Of a DNA stretch of 64,000 nt, positions 1 to 12,630 are shown piece by piece (the stretch's first letter is position 1; each line of letters opens with the position of its first letter). The position numbers and the translations under genes were made by a program. The DNA is taken from positions 23,438,001 through 23,502,000 of the forward strand of contig NC_086118.1 of assembly GCF_963921235.1 (NCBI RefSeq). The letters are read 5' to 3'. Under the pieces are notes generated by a model, which ran no database searches, was not told the origin of the DNA, and saw nothing but the letters and a program-made list of their open reading frames with translations. Origin of the DNA: Mobula hypostoma (lineage: Eukaryota).

Positions 1-940
1 GATGACAGGAGCAACACTTCTCCATCTCTGGAAATGGCCTGCATTGCCCTGGCAGAGGATTCATGTAGATTTCGCCAGACCATTCATTGGCATAAATTTC
101 TTGGTAGTAGTGGATGCAGCTACAAAGTGGCTAGAAGAGTTCCCAGTAGCCTCCACTACAGCCGTGCACACTGTTGATGTGTTGAGAAGCCTCTGCTCAA
201 TGACTGGTGGTTCAGAACACTTAGTCAGTGATAATGGACCACCATTTGTAGCGGAACAGCTTCAGTCAATGGCTTGGTGGAAAGGTTTTCGTCCAGATTC
301 TAAAGAGCACACTGCGAGCAACATCAGCAGAACATGTGGCACTGACACTGAATTAGAACCTGGAAAATTTCCAGCTTGCATGTCGCAATGCAGCACACAC
401 CACAGCCAGCAAATCAACAGCCCTGCTGGTCCTGGGTCATCCCCTGCTCTCACGCTTGGATTTCCTCAATCCCAACCTCAGGAGGAGTGTGCAGGGCAAA
501 TGGCTGAGACAAATTGAAAGCTCCTCAAGCAAGGAGGATCAATGTTTCACTCATGGCGAGAGACAACAGGGGTGATCAAAATCCGTGGACAACTTGGACA
601 ATTAAGGGCAGAACTGGACCACTCTCCTACACAGTGGAGATTGTGTCAGATGTCATCTGGAGTTGACCCATTAATCATTTGAGAGAGCAGAATCAACTGT
701 TGGGGAAGAAAGGTGTCCAGAGCTGTCAGAATCACTCCTTCAGTCCCAGGGTCAATTCCTAGAACCATCATGGAGGAGGTCCCAGAACCTGGGATTGTTT
801 CACAGCCACAAGTCTCACCTGCTAAACAGAGTGACCCTTCCCCACCCTTGTCAGGAGAAAGACATCTTCCCACAAGAGTACGATATTCTCCACAGACTAT
901 ATATAATAATATAACGTGTGTATGTATATATATAGCATCT

Positions 941-987
<47 letters not shown>

Positions 988-1071
988 TGTATATATACAT
1001 ACAGTATGTGTGTGGAGAGGCATTCTATATACTCTATATTGATTTGGAATTTAAAGCTAAGCAGGGGGGAG
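1..1071 (+). mobile_element. Gypsy/Ty3 LTR retrotransposon 3' internal remnant (degenerate integrase, 3' UTR, polypurine tract)
   Basis: ORF 2..517 begins WKWPALPWQRIHVDFARPF...FLVVVDAATKWLE...LVSDNGPPF (rve integrase core with two catalytic Asp motifs), then frameshifts. PPT AAGCAGGGGGGAG at 1059-1071 directly precedes an LTR. Confidence 0.9.
943..984. repeat. (AC)n microsatellite, about 21 units
   Basis: Direct read of the sequence. Confidence 0.99.
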
Positions 1072-1307
1072 TGTTGTGTATTTAATATTTCAGCAACATT
1101 TGAGTCATATTGTTTGATTAAGAATGCTTTGTTGTTTACATCATTCATTACGGGTTATATGTTAAAGTATGTGAATGACATACATCACCACGCTACCAGG
1201 ACGTAAGTGCATGCTTCACTAGTATAAAGAACGAAGTGGACATGTCATCCTCAGCTCTGTGATTTTCTTTCCATTAGTTTTATGTTTTGGAGTTACAAAA
1301 CATAACA
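1072..1307 (+). mobile_element. 3' LTR of the Gypsy element
   Basis: Starts TGTTGTG right after the PPT and ends CATAACA (imperfect terminal inverted repeat). Both ends match the reverse complement of 38797-39038. Confidence 0.9.
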
Positions 1308-1529
1308 GTGTCCGTAACTACGTGGAGTTTCTGTGGTCACAGGTAGAGTAGTTGTCATACCAAGATGCAAAGCAAATGGATAAGATGCTTAGGTTAGGTT
1401 ATCTGTTATCTTAATTAGGTTATCGCTTAACGTTCCCAATTCCATAGGTGATAAGTCAATGTTATCGATATGTTTAATTACAAATATACTGAAGAAAAGT
1501 GCTTATGTGCTTGTTTAAGGCAGCAGTCA

Positions 1530-1790
1530 TGAATTTATAAAGCACAGAAACAGGCCCTTTAGCTCAATCTGTCCATGCAAACCAAGTTGTCTACTTGAGC
1601 TAGTCGTATTTGTGTTTCTGGTCCATATCTCTCTAAATCTTTCCTAGCAATATTCCCATCAAAATGTCCTTTAAATTATCTGCCTCTACCTCTTCCTCTG
1701 GCAGCTCATTCCATATATTGACCACCCTCTGTGTGGAAAAATTTGCCCTTAAGATCCCTCTTAAACCTTTCCTCTCTTACCTTAAAATTA
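1530..1790 (-). mobile_element. CR1 LINE 3' fragment, degenerate
   Basis: cctcttcctctggcagctcattccatat..accaccctctgtgtggaaaa is the reverse complement of the CR1 FFTQRVV..WNELP coding end, followed by the 3' UTR. Confidence 0.8.
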
Positions 1791-3039
1791 TTTTCAGCAG
1801 TTTAGGGATATCAGGGCTTGCTCTCCTATTATTCTTTGTGTGGGAAAGGGGAATGCACTCCTTTGGTTGATGGTGAATGCTCTGGAAACTATTTTGATTC
1901 CTGAGCCACTTTGAGGTTAAAGCAAAGGAAAGGTCTCAGAAATAATGGAGGGAGATTCAGCTTCCAATTCTTTAAATGATCTTTCTACTCCTTTGAGTGG
2001 GTTAAGAACAAATGGCTTTTGAGGTGATGACAGACTGGAAAGGTTAGTCTAAGATGAGAAATAACAGCAGTATCAGAAATGGAAAAGGCAAACAAACCTT
2101 TGGAACTTGAAAAACAAATATGTAATTATGGAAACTTACTGATCAGGAAAAAGAAAAGCAGGATTCCAGTCAGGGGAGGGGTAGAGTGGTTGACCCTGTC
2201 AAACGGAGCATTTTGCATTTATTAAATTATATCTATCTTCCTCTAAATCAGAATATTATTTTCAATTTTCCATTATGAAAATAATCTCTTATATTTAAAG
2301 AAAATATTACACAAATTATAAATCTTGTGATGCTATACCCCTCTGACTGTCTGTGTGAGTTACATGTAAGAGAGAAAACATACCTATGCGGGCCCAAGCA
2401 GGGTTCAGCTAACCCTAAGATGACAACAAAATCAGAGTCATTTTGCTAAGTGATATTTTCATACCTAAGGGAGAATTACTGGCTTTCTGCTCTTAAGTGA
2501 ATGGTGCTTCAGAAGAGGTCCCTAGATATGCTTTGTTCTTTGCCATGGCTACAATAGTTTCTGGATTTGACAGTTATATTTGTTATAATAGAGAGTTAAC
2601 TGGGGTTAGATGTGGCCATTTACAGAATGCATCAGTCATGAGGCTTCACAGATAACAGCTCTTTCCTGCCCAGAGAGGCCAGAAACATCCCTTGAGCCTA
2701 GTGATGATGAACAGCCTAAAATGATGTTTTGTTTAGTTTTATGACTAAAGTTGCCTTGAATATCAATAATGTACAGGGCACAGTGACAAGCACTCTAGGT
2801 TCATGGACTCTCTTGCCTGAATGAACCAATTACTACAATTACGAAGAATGCAAATAAATAATGGATTGTATGGCAAGTTAGATTTCTGTCCTTAATATAC
2901 GGTTCTGGCGATCTGCATATATACTTTCGTGAGACTGTGCTGATAGAGGATGACTAATGTCCACTCCAGTTTTGTGGGTTTTGTGGTAGCTGATGAGGAC
3001 AGAGTGAGAACCGCATTCTTCTCCTCAAAAGATTGCCAG

Positions 3040-3255
3040 TGGCTCCCCTTCCCTACTTGTTGCTGCCTGCCTGTCATCATACCTATCACCTGTCCTCAGT
3101 CCACTTACCACCTCTGGTTCCTTTCTTATGCCTCCCCTTCTCATCTTTATACCGACCACCTCATATCTCCACTCTCAACCCGAAAGGTCGAGAATTTCTT
3201 TCCTCCCACAGGTGCTGCTCGACTTACTGAGGTTCTCCAGCAGATCGTTGCATTT
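3040..3255 (+). mobile_element. Penelope-like (Neptune-type) 3' end, old
   Basis: Pyrimidine-rich tract, then cccgaaaggtcg...gctgctcgacttactgaggttctccagca, resembling the 3' ends at 17030-17148 and 36030-36145. Confidence 0.6.
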
Positions 3256-3369
3256 CTTCATGGAGGCTTTGACATTTGTTTGAGTCTTTTTCTGTGTCTG
3301 CCCCATGATCTCATCACATGTCAGAGTGATCCTGCAAATATCCTTTTCTTAATTAACTGAAGACTCTGC

Positions 3370-4180
3370 TGGTGCATTGAAGAATCTGGTGAGTTTCGGC
3401 ATAATATTTGCTTTCACCAAGGGGTGGATTCCAAGCAATAAGCCAACATTTCACCATGTACCTTTATTGTTAGAGGGCAATGCAGTGCAACAAGTCAAGA
3501 TGGTATGTAATCTTTGTCTTGCAGATGTTGAGTCCCTCAAGGGAAAAGAAAAGAGCTTTAATGGCAAAGATCCAACAGAAAATGTATGACCTAAAGAACA
3601 GATGGTAGGTAGAAAGAACACAGGTGGCTCAGCATCTCCCAGACAGCTATGACATGTTTGGGATCTTCAGTGCTCTAAAAGCTAACTACCACCCTGAAAT
3701 ACAAGACCCTCCCCCACTGAGATACAAGAATGGGGGTGAATTCATCAGGAAGGCGAGGCGGTTGACATCTGCTGACAGCAATATTTCCTCAGCTGCAGTA
3801 CTGTCCTTGATATGAGTACACTTGGCTCTATCCCACAGCAATCTCTCTGGCCTAACTTTGCTGCCACTCCTGACAAGAAGTGCAGTAGACTATATCACAA
3901 CTAAAAAATAAGATGGCCATGAAAAGCTAAAACTTAACAGTGACCAACTTCAGTCACAAACCCACTGTCCCACTGACCACATCTACAAAAGGAAGCTGTT
4001 CCAAGAGAGCTGTTCAACCTGTGGTAACTGCACTCCGGAGCTAAATTTATCTAAATCACATAAGTCAAACTGCAGTTTGCAGATGACATTTGGATTTGCT
4101 TATGCTCAGAGGACAAGTTCCAAGTCCTCGTTGATTCTTTCACTGATCCCTGTGAGATGTTGGGCCTTACACCCAACATT
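3370..4180 (+). mobile_element. RTE-clade LINE remnant
   Basis: 4090-4175 translates LQFADDIWICLCSEDKFQVLVDSFTDPCEMLGLT (RT FADD motif in RTE-like context). The left boundary is uncertain. Confidence 0.55.
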
Positions 4181-5809
4181 ACTTGCATCTTAAAGGCTAG
4201 GTTAAGCTACAGTATTGCAGGGAATGGGAATAGTTGTTAGTATTTACAAAAATTATCGTCGTGTTCAAAATGTTTTGTTTCATTGTGAGGATCACCATTG
4301 AATGGAACGAAGTGTAATTATATTTTATAAATGTTTTAATCAATAAAATGGTGGCTTGTAATTGTAGTTCTTGTCAAATATGAAAAAAAAATCAGAATCT
4401 AGCTTCATATGCATAGCAGAAATATGAAGTTATTTACCAAGAATTTTTTAAAAAGTGCGTCATTAATACTTGTCAGGGTACCAATAAATAAGTAATTTTA
4501 TTAATAGCCAGATGTAAATTATTCTATACTGTAAATGAATTGTCATGCATAGCTGTTAAGAAATGCCTTGCTTCTTGACTTCAGTGTGGTTCCTTTTTTA
4601 ATAAATACAGTAATTTCTCCTCAAAGTAATGCTAATGCTTCCTTAAAACTTAGGAATACTTCAGAATTCTTGTGCTTGCCCTCGACCTGTTGATAAGAGT
4701 GAAGAGCTGCAACCCGGACTGATGCTGTGAGGCTGCAGACCAATCAGTACTGTTCCTACTTTAGACCCGCGAGTGCTGGCTGCCTCCACCAAGCAGAGCA
4801 GAGGAATGTGCCAACTTGAGGAAAAATAAGGTATCAACTGTTAAGTCACATGTTCAACCAAGGTCACGAGTTAATCCTTTCTTTTCATTAAACATCTTAT
4901 TTTCACTGTTTAAAATTAATTTACATTTTAATAACTGTATCTGCATCAAATCATGAAGGATGATTCCAGCTGTCCTTGTAGATAGATTAGTGCCCTATGT
5001 AGTGCCAGTTGACTTTTAATTATTGAGACAAATTTTCAAGGGATAAAGCACAATGGCTATAAAAATATAAGAGAAGTCGAGATGCATATTTTGTAATGAA
5101 GATGACATCATCATGTTTGAGTTCAGAAAAAAATAAATGAAATGAAGAAAGATGAGAAGAATAAAGAAAGTTGTGAGTCAGTTATCGCTGGCTGGGCTAG
5201 GAATGAAATCAAGGTGCGAAGAGGCCATTATTTTAAAGCTAAGGACATTTTCAAAGGATGTGAAGTTTCATTAATAGGCAGAATGAAGATTGTATTCATT
5301 GAGGAGAATCAGTCAGAAGAAACTTGATCAATGTAAAGTAATATTAAGGTGTGGATCTATTGAATGTTAAGTAAAAGAGTTAAGTGTAAATTCTCTCACT
5401 ACGTCCTCCAGCAAGGATATCCTAAAGTTAACGGGAAAAGGAAGCAAAATAGAAGTTTGTGTGTATAGATGAAAATATTTTAGTGACAATAACTAATGCA
5501 TTGTTGAAATTCACAACAATTTGAAAATTCTGCATTAGCTATGTTCATGAGTTCTATATAGTATATCTTGTAAGAAGCAAGGAATCATCAGTAAAAGTGT
5601 CAGGATGTCCAGCTGTTTTGTGCAGGTGTGGATGTCAGTTTCACATAATGCGTATAGTAATGGCAGCAGATTCCCCTCAATAAATTAACAATTTATGGAG
5701 TTATTCCACTGTGTATGCAGAAATATAAAAGAACAGCAGTTCAGAGCTGTTTCGAAGACATTGTTATTGAGCTGTTTACATAATTCTTATATATCTACTG
5801 TAGTTTTTG

Positions 5810-6999
5810 AACACAATCAGTGAGGATTGGTAACAACATCTCCTCCTTGTTGATCATCAGCTCAGATGCACTTCAAGGCTGCGTGCTTTGCCCCTGCTCT
5901 ACTCTCTAAACACACATGACTCTGTGGCTTGGCAGAGTTCCAATACCAGCTTCAAGTTGCTGATGACACTACTTGTTGGATGAATCGCAAGTGGCGATGA
6001 GACACGTTTACTGGAGCGAGATAGGTCACGTGGCTGGGTGGGGCCACTGCTTCAACCTCTCGCTCAGTGTCAGCAAAACTAAACATCTGATTGTTGGCTT
6101 CAGGGGGAGGATAGGAAGGCGAACATGTTGTGGGATTGGCCGTGGAGAGAGTCAGCGGCTTTACATTTTTGGAAGGTGACGTATTGGATGACACGTCCTC
6201 AGCCCAGCACTCAGATGGAATCATAAAGAAAGTGAGACAGAATCTTTCGCAGGAAAGTAAGGAATTTGGCTTGATACTGAGGACCCTAACAAGCTTTTAC
6301 AGATGTACTGACTGGTTGTATCGTGGTCTGACATGACAATTTAAATGCACAGGAATGCAAGAAGCAGTAGAGTGTAGTGAACTCAGCTCAGTACATCAAG
6401 GGCAAATTCTTCCCTACAATCAGAATCAGATTTGATATCAATGACATATGGCATGAAATTTGTGGTTTTGCAGCAGTAATACAGTGCAAAGACATAAAAT
6501 GCATAAATTACTAAAACAAATGAATAATTTAAAAATGTGGTAACGTTCATGGACTGTTTAGAAATCTGATGGTGGAGGGGAAAAAGCTGTTGTATCTATA
6601 GGAGGTACTGACACAGGAAGGCAACGTCCATGATCAAAGATCCCAACCATGCAAACCACACTGTCCTTTCACCTCCAACATCAGACAGGATGTACAGAAT
6701 CTTGAAATCCCACAACACTAAGTTCAAAAACAGCTTCTACCCTTCAACCGTTTGCTTGAGTCAACCAAATAAACCCTCACCTCTGCAGTTTTGCAACACT
6801 ATGACAACTTTGTACTAAACTGTACTTTTCTTGTTCTAATTGTGCCCTGTCTTGTTAAAGTGTATGTAATTTATGTTTTTCTTCTGAATGCTGCTTATAC
6901 GATGCAACATGCCCGTGTTGTTGCGGCAAGTTTTTCTTTGAATCTATGCATGCAATGTCATACTTGTGCATATGATGATAAAATTGACTTTAACTTTGA
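5810..6999 (+). mobile_element. Rex1/Babar-type LINE, 5'-truncated and degenerate; contains an inverted Rex-type 3' fragment at about 6418-6590
   Basis: Decayed motifs QGCVL.PLLYSL, K(F)ADDT, NLSLSVSKTK, IKDPNH..YR.LK..TKFKNSFYP; ends with an (ACTTTG)-like tail. aatcagaatcag at 6418 marks the inverted piece. Confidence 0.8.
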
Positions 7000-7087
7000 A
7001 TTACTTTTTCCCATCAAATGTATTTTCTGCTTTTAATGTAAGGGAAGTTGACTTCTATGTTTTAAAAAAAGTAAAGCAAGCAGCCAT

Positions 7088-9124
7088 GTGATTGGTAGGT
7101 GGGAAGCCTTCAAAGGGGAAATTTTGAGAGTGCAGAGTTTGTATGTTCCTGTCAGGATTAAAGGCAAATTGAATAGGAATAAGGAACCTTGGTTCTCAAG
7201 GGATATTGCAACTCTGATAAAGAAGAAGAGGGAGTTGTATGAAATGTGTAGGAAACAGGGGGTAAATCAGGTGCTTGAGGAGTATAAGAAGTGCAAGAAA
7301 ATACTTAAGAAAGAAATCAGGAGGGCAAAAAGAAGAAATGAGGTTGCCTTGGCAGTCAAAGCGAAGGATAATCCAAAGAGCTTTTACAAGTATATTAAGA
7401 GCAAAAGGATTGTAAGGGATAAAGTTGGTCCTCTTGAAGATCAGAGTGGTCAGCTTTGTGCGGAACCAAAGGAAATGGGGGAGATCTTAAATAGGTTTTT
7501 TGCGTCTGTATTTACTAAGGAAGCTGTCATGAAATCTATGGAATTGAGGGAATCAAGTAGTGAGACCATGGAAACTGCACAGATTGAAAAGGAGGAGGTG
7601 CTTGCTGTCTTGAGGAAAATTAAAGTGGATAAATCCCCGGGACCTGACGGAGTGTTCTCTCGGACTTTGAAGGAGACTAGTGTTGAAATTGCGGGGGCCC
7701 TGGCAGAAATATTTAAAATGTCGCTGTCTACGGGTGAAGTGCCGGAGGATTGGAGAGAGGCTCATGTTGTTCCGTTGTTTAAAAAAGGATCGAAAAGTAA
7801 TCCGGGAAATTATAGGCCGGTGAGTTTAACGTCAGTAGTAGGTAAGTTATTGGAGGGAGTACTAAGAGACAGAATCTACAAGCATTTGGATAGACTGGGG
7901 CTTATTAGGGAGAGTCAACACGGCTTTGTGCGTGGTAGGTCATATTTGACCAATCTGTTGGAGTTTTTCGAGGAGGTTACCAGGAAAGTGGATGAAGGGA
8001 AGGCAGTGGATATTGTCTACATGGACTTCAGTAAGGCCTTTGACAATGTCCCGCATGGGAGGTTAGTTAGGAAAATTCAGTCACTAGGTATACATGGAGA
8101 GGTGGTAAATTGGATTAGACATTGGCTCGATGGAAGAAGCCAGAGAGTGGTGGTAGAGAATTGCTTCTCTGAGTGGAGGCCTGTGACTAGTGGTGTGCCA
8201 CAGGGATCAGTGCTGGGTCCGTTGTTATTTGTCATCTATATCAATGATCTGGATGATAATGTGATAAATTGGATCAACAAGTTTGCTGATGATACAAAGA
8301 TTGGAGGTGTAGTAGACAGTGAGGAAGGTTTTCAGAGCCTGCAGAGGGACTTGGACCAGCTGGAAAAATGGGCTGAAAAATGGCAGATGGAGTTTAATAC
8401 TGACAAGTGTGAGGTATTGCACGTTGGAAGGACAAACAAATGTAGAACATACAGGGTTAATGGTAAGGCACTGAGGAGTGCAGTGGAACAGAGGTATCTG
8501 GGAATACAGATACAAAATTCCCTAAAAGTGGCGTCACAGGTAGATAGGGTCGTAAAGAGAGCTTTTGGTACATTGGCCTTTATTAATCGAAGTATTGAGT
8601 ATAAGAGCTGGAATGTTATGATGAGGTTGTATAAGGCATTGGTGAGGCCGAATCTGGAGTATTGTGTTCAGTTTTGGTCACCAAATTACAGGAAGGATAT
8701 AAATAAGGTTGAAAGAGTGCAGAGAAGGTTTACAAGGATGTTGCCAGGACTTGAGAAACTCAGTTACAGAGAAAGGTTGAATAGGTTAGGACTTTATTCC
8801 CTGGAGCGTAGAAGAATGAGGGGAGATTTGATAGAGGTATATAAAATTATGATGTGTATAGATAGAGTGAATGCAAGCAGGCTTTTTCCACTGAGGCAAG
8901 GGGAGAAAAAAACCAGAGGACATGGGTTAAGGGTGAGGGGGGAAAAGTTTAAAGGGAACATTAGGGGGGGCTTCTTCACACAGAGAGTGGTGGGAGTATG
9001 GAATGAGCTGCCAGGCGAGGTGGTAAATGCGGGTTCTTTTTTAACATTTAAGAATAAATTGGACAGATACATGGATGGGAGGTGTATGGAGGGATATGGT
9101 CTGTGTGCAGGTCAGTGGGACTAG
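7088..9124 (+). CDS. CR1 ORF2 reverse transcriptase (endonuclease domain missing through 5' truncation)
   Basis: 678 codons without a stop. Motifs [66 protein letters not shown]. The frame begins at the truncation point (GTG), not at a true start. Confidence 0.9.
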   Translation: MIGRWEAFKGEILRVQSLYVPVRIKGKLNRNKEPWFSRDIATLIKKKRELYEMCRKQGVNQVLEEYKKCKKILKKEIRRAKRRNEVALAVKAKDNPKSFYKYIKSKRIVRDKVGPLEDQSGQLCAEPKEMGEILNRFFASVFTKEAVMKSMELRESSSETMETAQIEKEEVLAVLRKIKVDKSPGPDGVFSRTLKETSVEIAGALAEIFKMSLSTGEVPEDWREAHVVPLFKKGSKSNPGNYRPVSLTSVVGKLLEGVLRDRIYKHLDRLGLIRESQHGFVRGRSYLTNLLEFFEEVTRKVDEGKAVDIVYMDFSKAFDNVPHGRLVRKIQSLGIHGEVVNWIRHWLDGRSQRVVVENCFSEWRPVTSGVPQGSVLGPLLFVIYINDLDDNVINWINKFADDTKIGGVVDSEEGFQSLQRDLDQLEKWAEKWQMEFNTDKCEVLHVGRTNKCRTYRVNGKALRSAVEQRYLGIQIQNSLKVASQVDRVVKRAFGTLAFINRSIEYKSWNVMMRLYKALVRPNLEYCVQFWSPNYRKDINKVERVQRRFTRMLPGLEKLSYRERLNRLGLYSLERRRMRGDLIEVYKIMMCIDRVNASRLFPLRQGEKKTRGHGLRVRGEKFKGNIRGGFFTQRVVGVWNELPGEVVNAGSFLTFKNKLDRYMDGRCMEGYGLCAGQWD

Positions 9125-9200
9125 GCAGCAAATGGTTCAGCACAGCCAAGAAGGGCCAAAGGGCCTGTTTCTGTGGTGCAGTTTCTATGGTTCTATGGTA
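7088..9200 (+). mobile_element. CR1 LINE, 5'-truncated, young
   Basis: Uninterrupted RT ORF, short 3' UTR, (TTCTATGG)n tail at about 9183-9198. Confidence 0.97.
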
Positions 9201-10951
9201 TGGTTCATTGTTACTCTTTTACCAAGGTCATTTTAATATTTAATCATTGGCAGTTTAAGATGTTTTAGTTTCGGCTTTGGCAATCAAAAAGGAATATTGA
9301 TATCTTGTGACCTTACTAATAATGGGTGAAGCATTGGTTCTAGACTAAGAAAATGTAATTGCTTTTGCAAGGACCCTGGTGTAACATGTGGCCATGAAAG
9401 CAAGCTAACGTTTCCTCTAGAGAAGCTACCAAAATACTTCCAAGTACTGATTTTTATGGTCTATTGAAATGCAAATATTTGAATTATGGCAACCTTTAGT
9501 ATGCCATCCCCATGTCTTATCAATGCTGACATTTCATATCCTCTCAATATGAATAAATGAGATGAAATACAACACCTATTCAGTTATTTGGAAAAAAGAG
9601 GCACACTTTAAAATAGATTTAATGCAAATTGCACTAAGAAATTAATTTTAGGATGGCCAGACCGTAACAGAGTAGATTGGATTGAAGTGAAGATTATCAT
9701 AGTTTCAGTTAGTCACAATAACATTCATAGTATACAGTATATGTGGAAACAAATAGTTTTCTTATTGAATACAGTATGAATTAGCATTTCAGTGGGCGGT
9801 AGGGAGGAGGGGTGTGTGTGGTGGTGGGGAAGAAGGATATGCCAGATGGTATCACAGCTCTGGCAAGATTGGCATCATGGAGATGGATTTTGATGTCCCG
9901 GTAGCATGAATGCACAAATTAAACCAGGAAGATTTTATTTGTTAGGTTATGAATGACTCCCGCATGTGGATCATTTGTTTTGGAAGAGTCACTGGTGCAG
10001 ACAGTAATCCAGAAATACAAATTTTTACCTACCTATAATTAGCCATATATTCCAATAGTTGAAAGACCAAAGGAATATTTAAGTCTGATGTATGTGCTCT
10101 CTCTGCAGGAGCAGTAAACCATAGTGATGAAACTTGAGGGTCCAAGTAACCGTTTAAAGAGATGCAACAATTCTGTGCAAAATCAGGTCCATAAAATTAG
10201 ATTAATCTCGGACAACTAGTTTGGAGGTTTCCTTATCTATTCCATTTAAAGAACAATTATTTGACTTCATGGACTTAGACAACTCTTTAGGTGAGTTCCG
10301 GTAGTTTGCCAGACAGGAATAGCTTGTGACTATGGTAGAGAGCAAGTGAAACAATGGGTTCATCTTATCAAAACTAATACATTTTTTCGGGTCTTCATTC
10401 AAATATTTTCAATGCATTGCCTAGCTTTCCCTTGTGTTCTTCCTGTGTTAAAACTAAATTAGGATGTACATGCAGACACATTATTTGGAAGTGTAAAGTT
10501 TGACTATTTTCTGCTCTCTAATGCAATACGTTGTGCCTGCTAATGACTTGCATCTGTCATTCAGAGCAAAAGTTTCACTCTATTTGTCATTCTGAAGATA
10601 ACTAATGAATCCTACATGCATAGACTCTGCTACAGGGGGGTCAGGTGGGACTTGACAGCTGTGTTGACTGGGTTGTTGTATGCCTGGGTCAAGGTGTCAT
10701 AGCACAGCACCTTTCAGCCTAGTAAGTCTATGATGAACACCAGCCTGTCACAGCATGCGCTCGCAGGACTGGACTCAAGTGCGGAGGAACGGCAGACTCA
10801 TTCTGTCATGGTGGGCACTCAGCCCAGGAGCAGATTCCCAGCAGACTCCCCATGAGGAGACGGAAACAAGAGGATAGACATTGCAACACCCTGAGAGCAT
10901 CGGAGGCACACTGAGCAACGCCATGAGATAAAACATTCCCCAACACACAGT

Positions 10952-11277
10952 TGTCGTCGTTAGGTCGCATCTGGAATTTCCAGTTGGCGGACGGTTTCCC
11001 TCCGTGCCGCTCTGTCCCGACACTTGTCCACAACATCCCTAGTCTTGTCCAGCTTGGTTCAATCCTTGATGTTATCCAGCCACGTTGTTCTTTGCCTTCC
11101 TCTTCCTTTCTTTCCCTCCACCTTTCCATATAACAAGTCTGACAAGATGTTATCTCTCAGTGTAATGTGTCCACAATAAGCAACTTTTAACTTCATGATC
11201 TTCTCCAGCAGTATCCGTGGTCTATCAACTTTGGACAAAAACCTCTCATTTGAAACTTTTTCTACCCAGCTGATCTT
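10952..11277 (-). mobile_element. RTE-clade LINE 3' end with 11 bp target-site duplication
   Basis: ORF 11059..11283 LKISWVEKVSNE...YCGHI...GKVEGKKGRGRQRTTWLDNIK is a typical RTE C-terminus. CAACACACAGT is repeated at 10941-10951 and 11278-11288. Confidence 0.88.
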
Positions 11278-11784
11278 CAACACACAGTAGGATTCTGCAA
11301 AAAGAGCTAAACAAGGGTCCCCTTTAAATAATTATAGAACGTGGGAAACATATACCAATTGCAATTAACTTGACAAGGTTAGGCTTAATGGGTCTAACAA
11401 TAGTAAATACATATACTCGAGGAACCCAGAAGGCTAATGCCCTACAGAAAGCTGCAAAGGCCAGCAGTGCTCATGACACCAACCACCTTCCTACATTAAT
11501 TTCACATGAATCCTATTCATGTTATTCTCCCTTCTTGCCTGTCTGCTCCCATCGGATTCTACCATACAGCTACAGGCGAAGATCAATTCACAAGGGCAAT
11601 TAATTTCTCTACCTGCGCATTTTTTTTTCAAATCGAGGTAACTAAAACATCTGGAGGAAGGTGGTCTCATGTAGAACTTGAACGTCCTCCTTTTAAAAAA
11701 TGTGGAATAACTAAAATGCACAGACCAAACTCCAGTAAGGAAGGACTTAAAAATTATTTTGATCAAAGGGTAAGTGGAAAATAC

Positions 11785-11900
11785 AAAAAGAACACAATAC
11801 CTGCAGATACTGGAAAGTGGATCAATAGAAACTGCTCCAACTGCTGGAGGAACTCAATGAGTCGAACAGCATCTATGGGGGCAAGAAGTGGTCACATCTT
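11785..11900 (-). mobile_element. Penelope-like 3' terminal fragment
   Basis: ctgcagatactggaa...tgctggaggaactca...cagcatctat is the reverse complement of the PLE 3' end. Confidence 0.7.
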
Positions 11901-12059
11901 TGTTCTTGTTTTTGAATACAGTCAGCTCACATCTTTCTTTGTTTATTATACCAGTGAGTTACTATGTTCTCTTACAATGAATCAAAATCACTCCTGATTC
12001 CTCCTTTAACCAAGCTTTCATGTGGTGTTTGAGAGGCTGCTACATTAGGGTTCTCTCGG

Positions 12060-12290
12060 GGAATAACTTGAACTAATATGGTGACATTGTAAAGAGCTTC
12101 ACAGAACACAAGACTGATGTGCAGTGGTTCCCATTATATAGGCAAATGTGGTAACAATTTTTGTAGCACAGTTCTATAAATACCAAGGAAATGAATGATT
12201 GTTTAAGCTTTTTATGTTAATTCTGATTGAGGCAGAAATGTTGGACAGGACCAATGAAAGAAAAATACTAAATGCTTGCTATTTTTCCTT
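12060..12290 (-). mobile_element. Ancient Deu-domain SINE (SacSINE1/AmnSINE-like), degenerate
   Basis: Weak reverse-complement similarity to 58725-59035 (gattgaggcagaaatgttggacaggac, caatttttgtagcacag). Confidence 0.45.
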
Positions 12291-12554
12291 TAAATACCAA
12301 CATGATGGTGAAATGCTTTTGTGAGTCCGGAAAGGTTAAATCCAATACTGTCACTATTTAAATGACATTTACATTCCTCACTGTACTTATAAATGCTTTC
12401 TTTACTCACTTTAATGATACCGCATACCTAGTGAGCGGAACAGAACTAAATTCTGTCCTCGTAAAGAAGTCTTGTGCAGTGTTGAGAAACACTGTCACTT
12501 CTTTGCTGAGGAACTGAAGTAAACTGAGCCATGATAAGAACAGATTTCTAGAAG

Positions 12555-12630
12555 TCTGACCTGCTGAATTCCTTCAGCATTTTGTACACGTTGCTTTGGA
12601 TTACCAGCATCTGCAGAATTTCTTGTGTTG
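12555..12630 (+). mobile_element. Penelope-like 3' terminal fragment
   Basis: gacctgctgaattccttcagcattttgt...ccagcatctgcagaatttcttgtgtt matches the PLE terminus. Confidence 0.75.

Noticed and set aside
897..1206. ORFs with poly-(TH)/(CV) tracts
   Set aside because: They are translations of the (AC)n microsatellite and LTR.
7088..9124. RT ORF as a retron, DGR, group II intron or domesticated host gene
   Set aside because: The motifs, C-terminus and octamer tail are standard CR1 ORF2, and decayed sister copies are in the same window.
11506..11997. 163 aa ORF
   Set aside because: It runs across decayed SINE and Penelope fragments.
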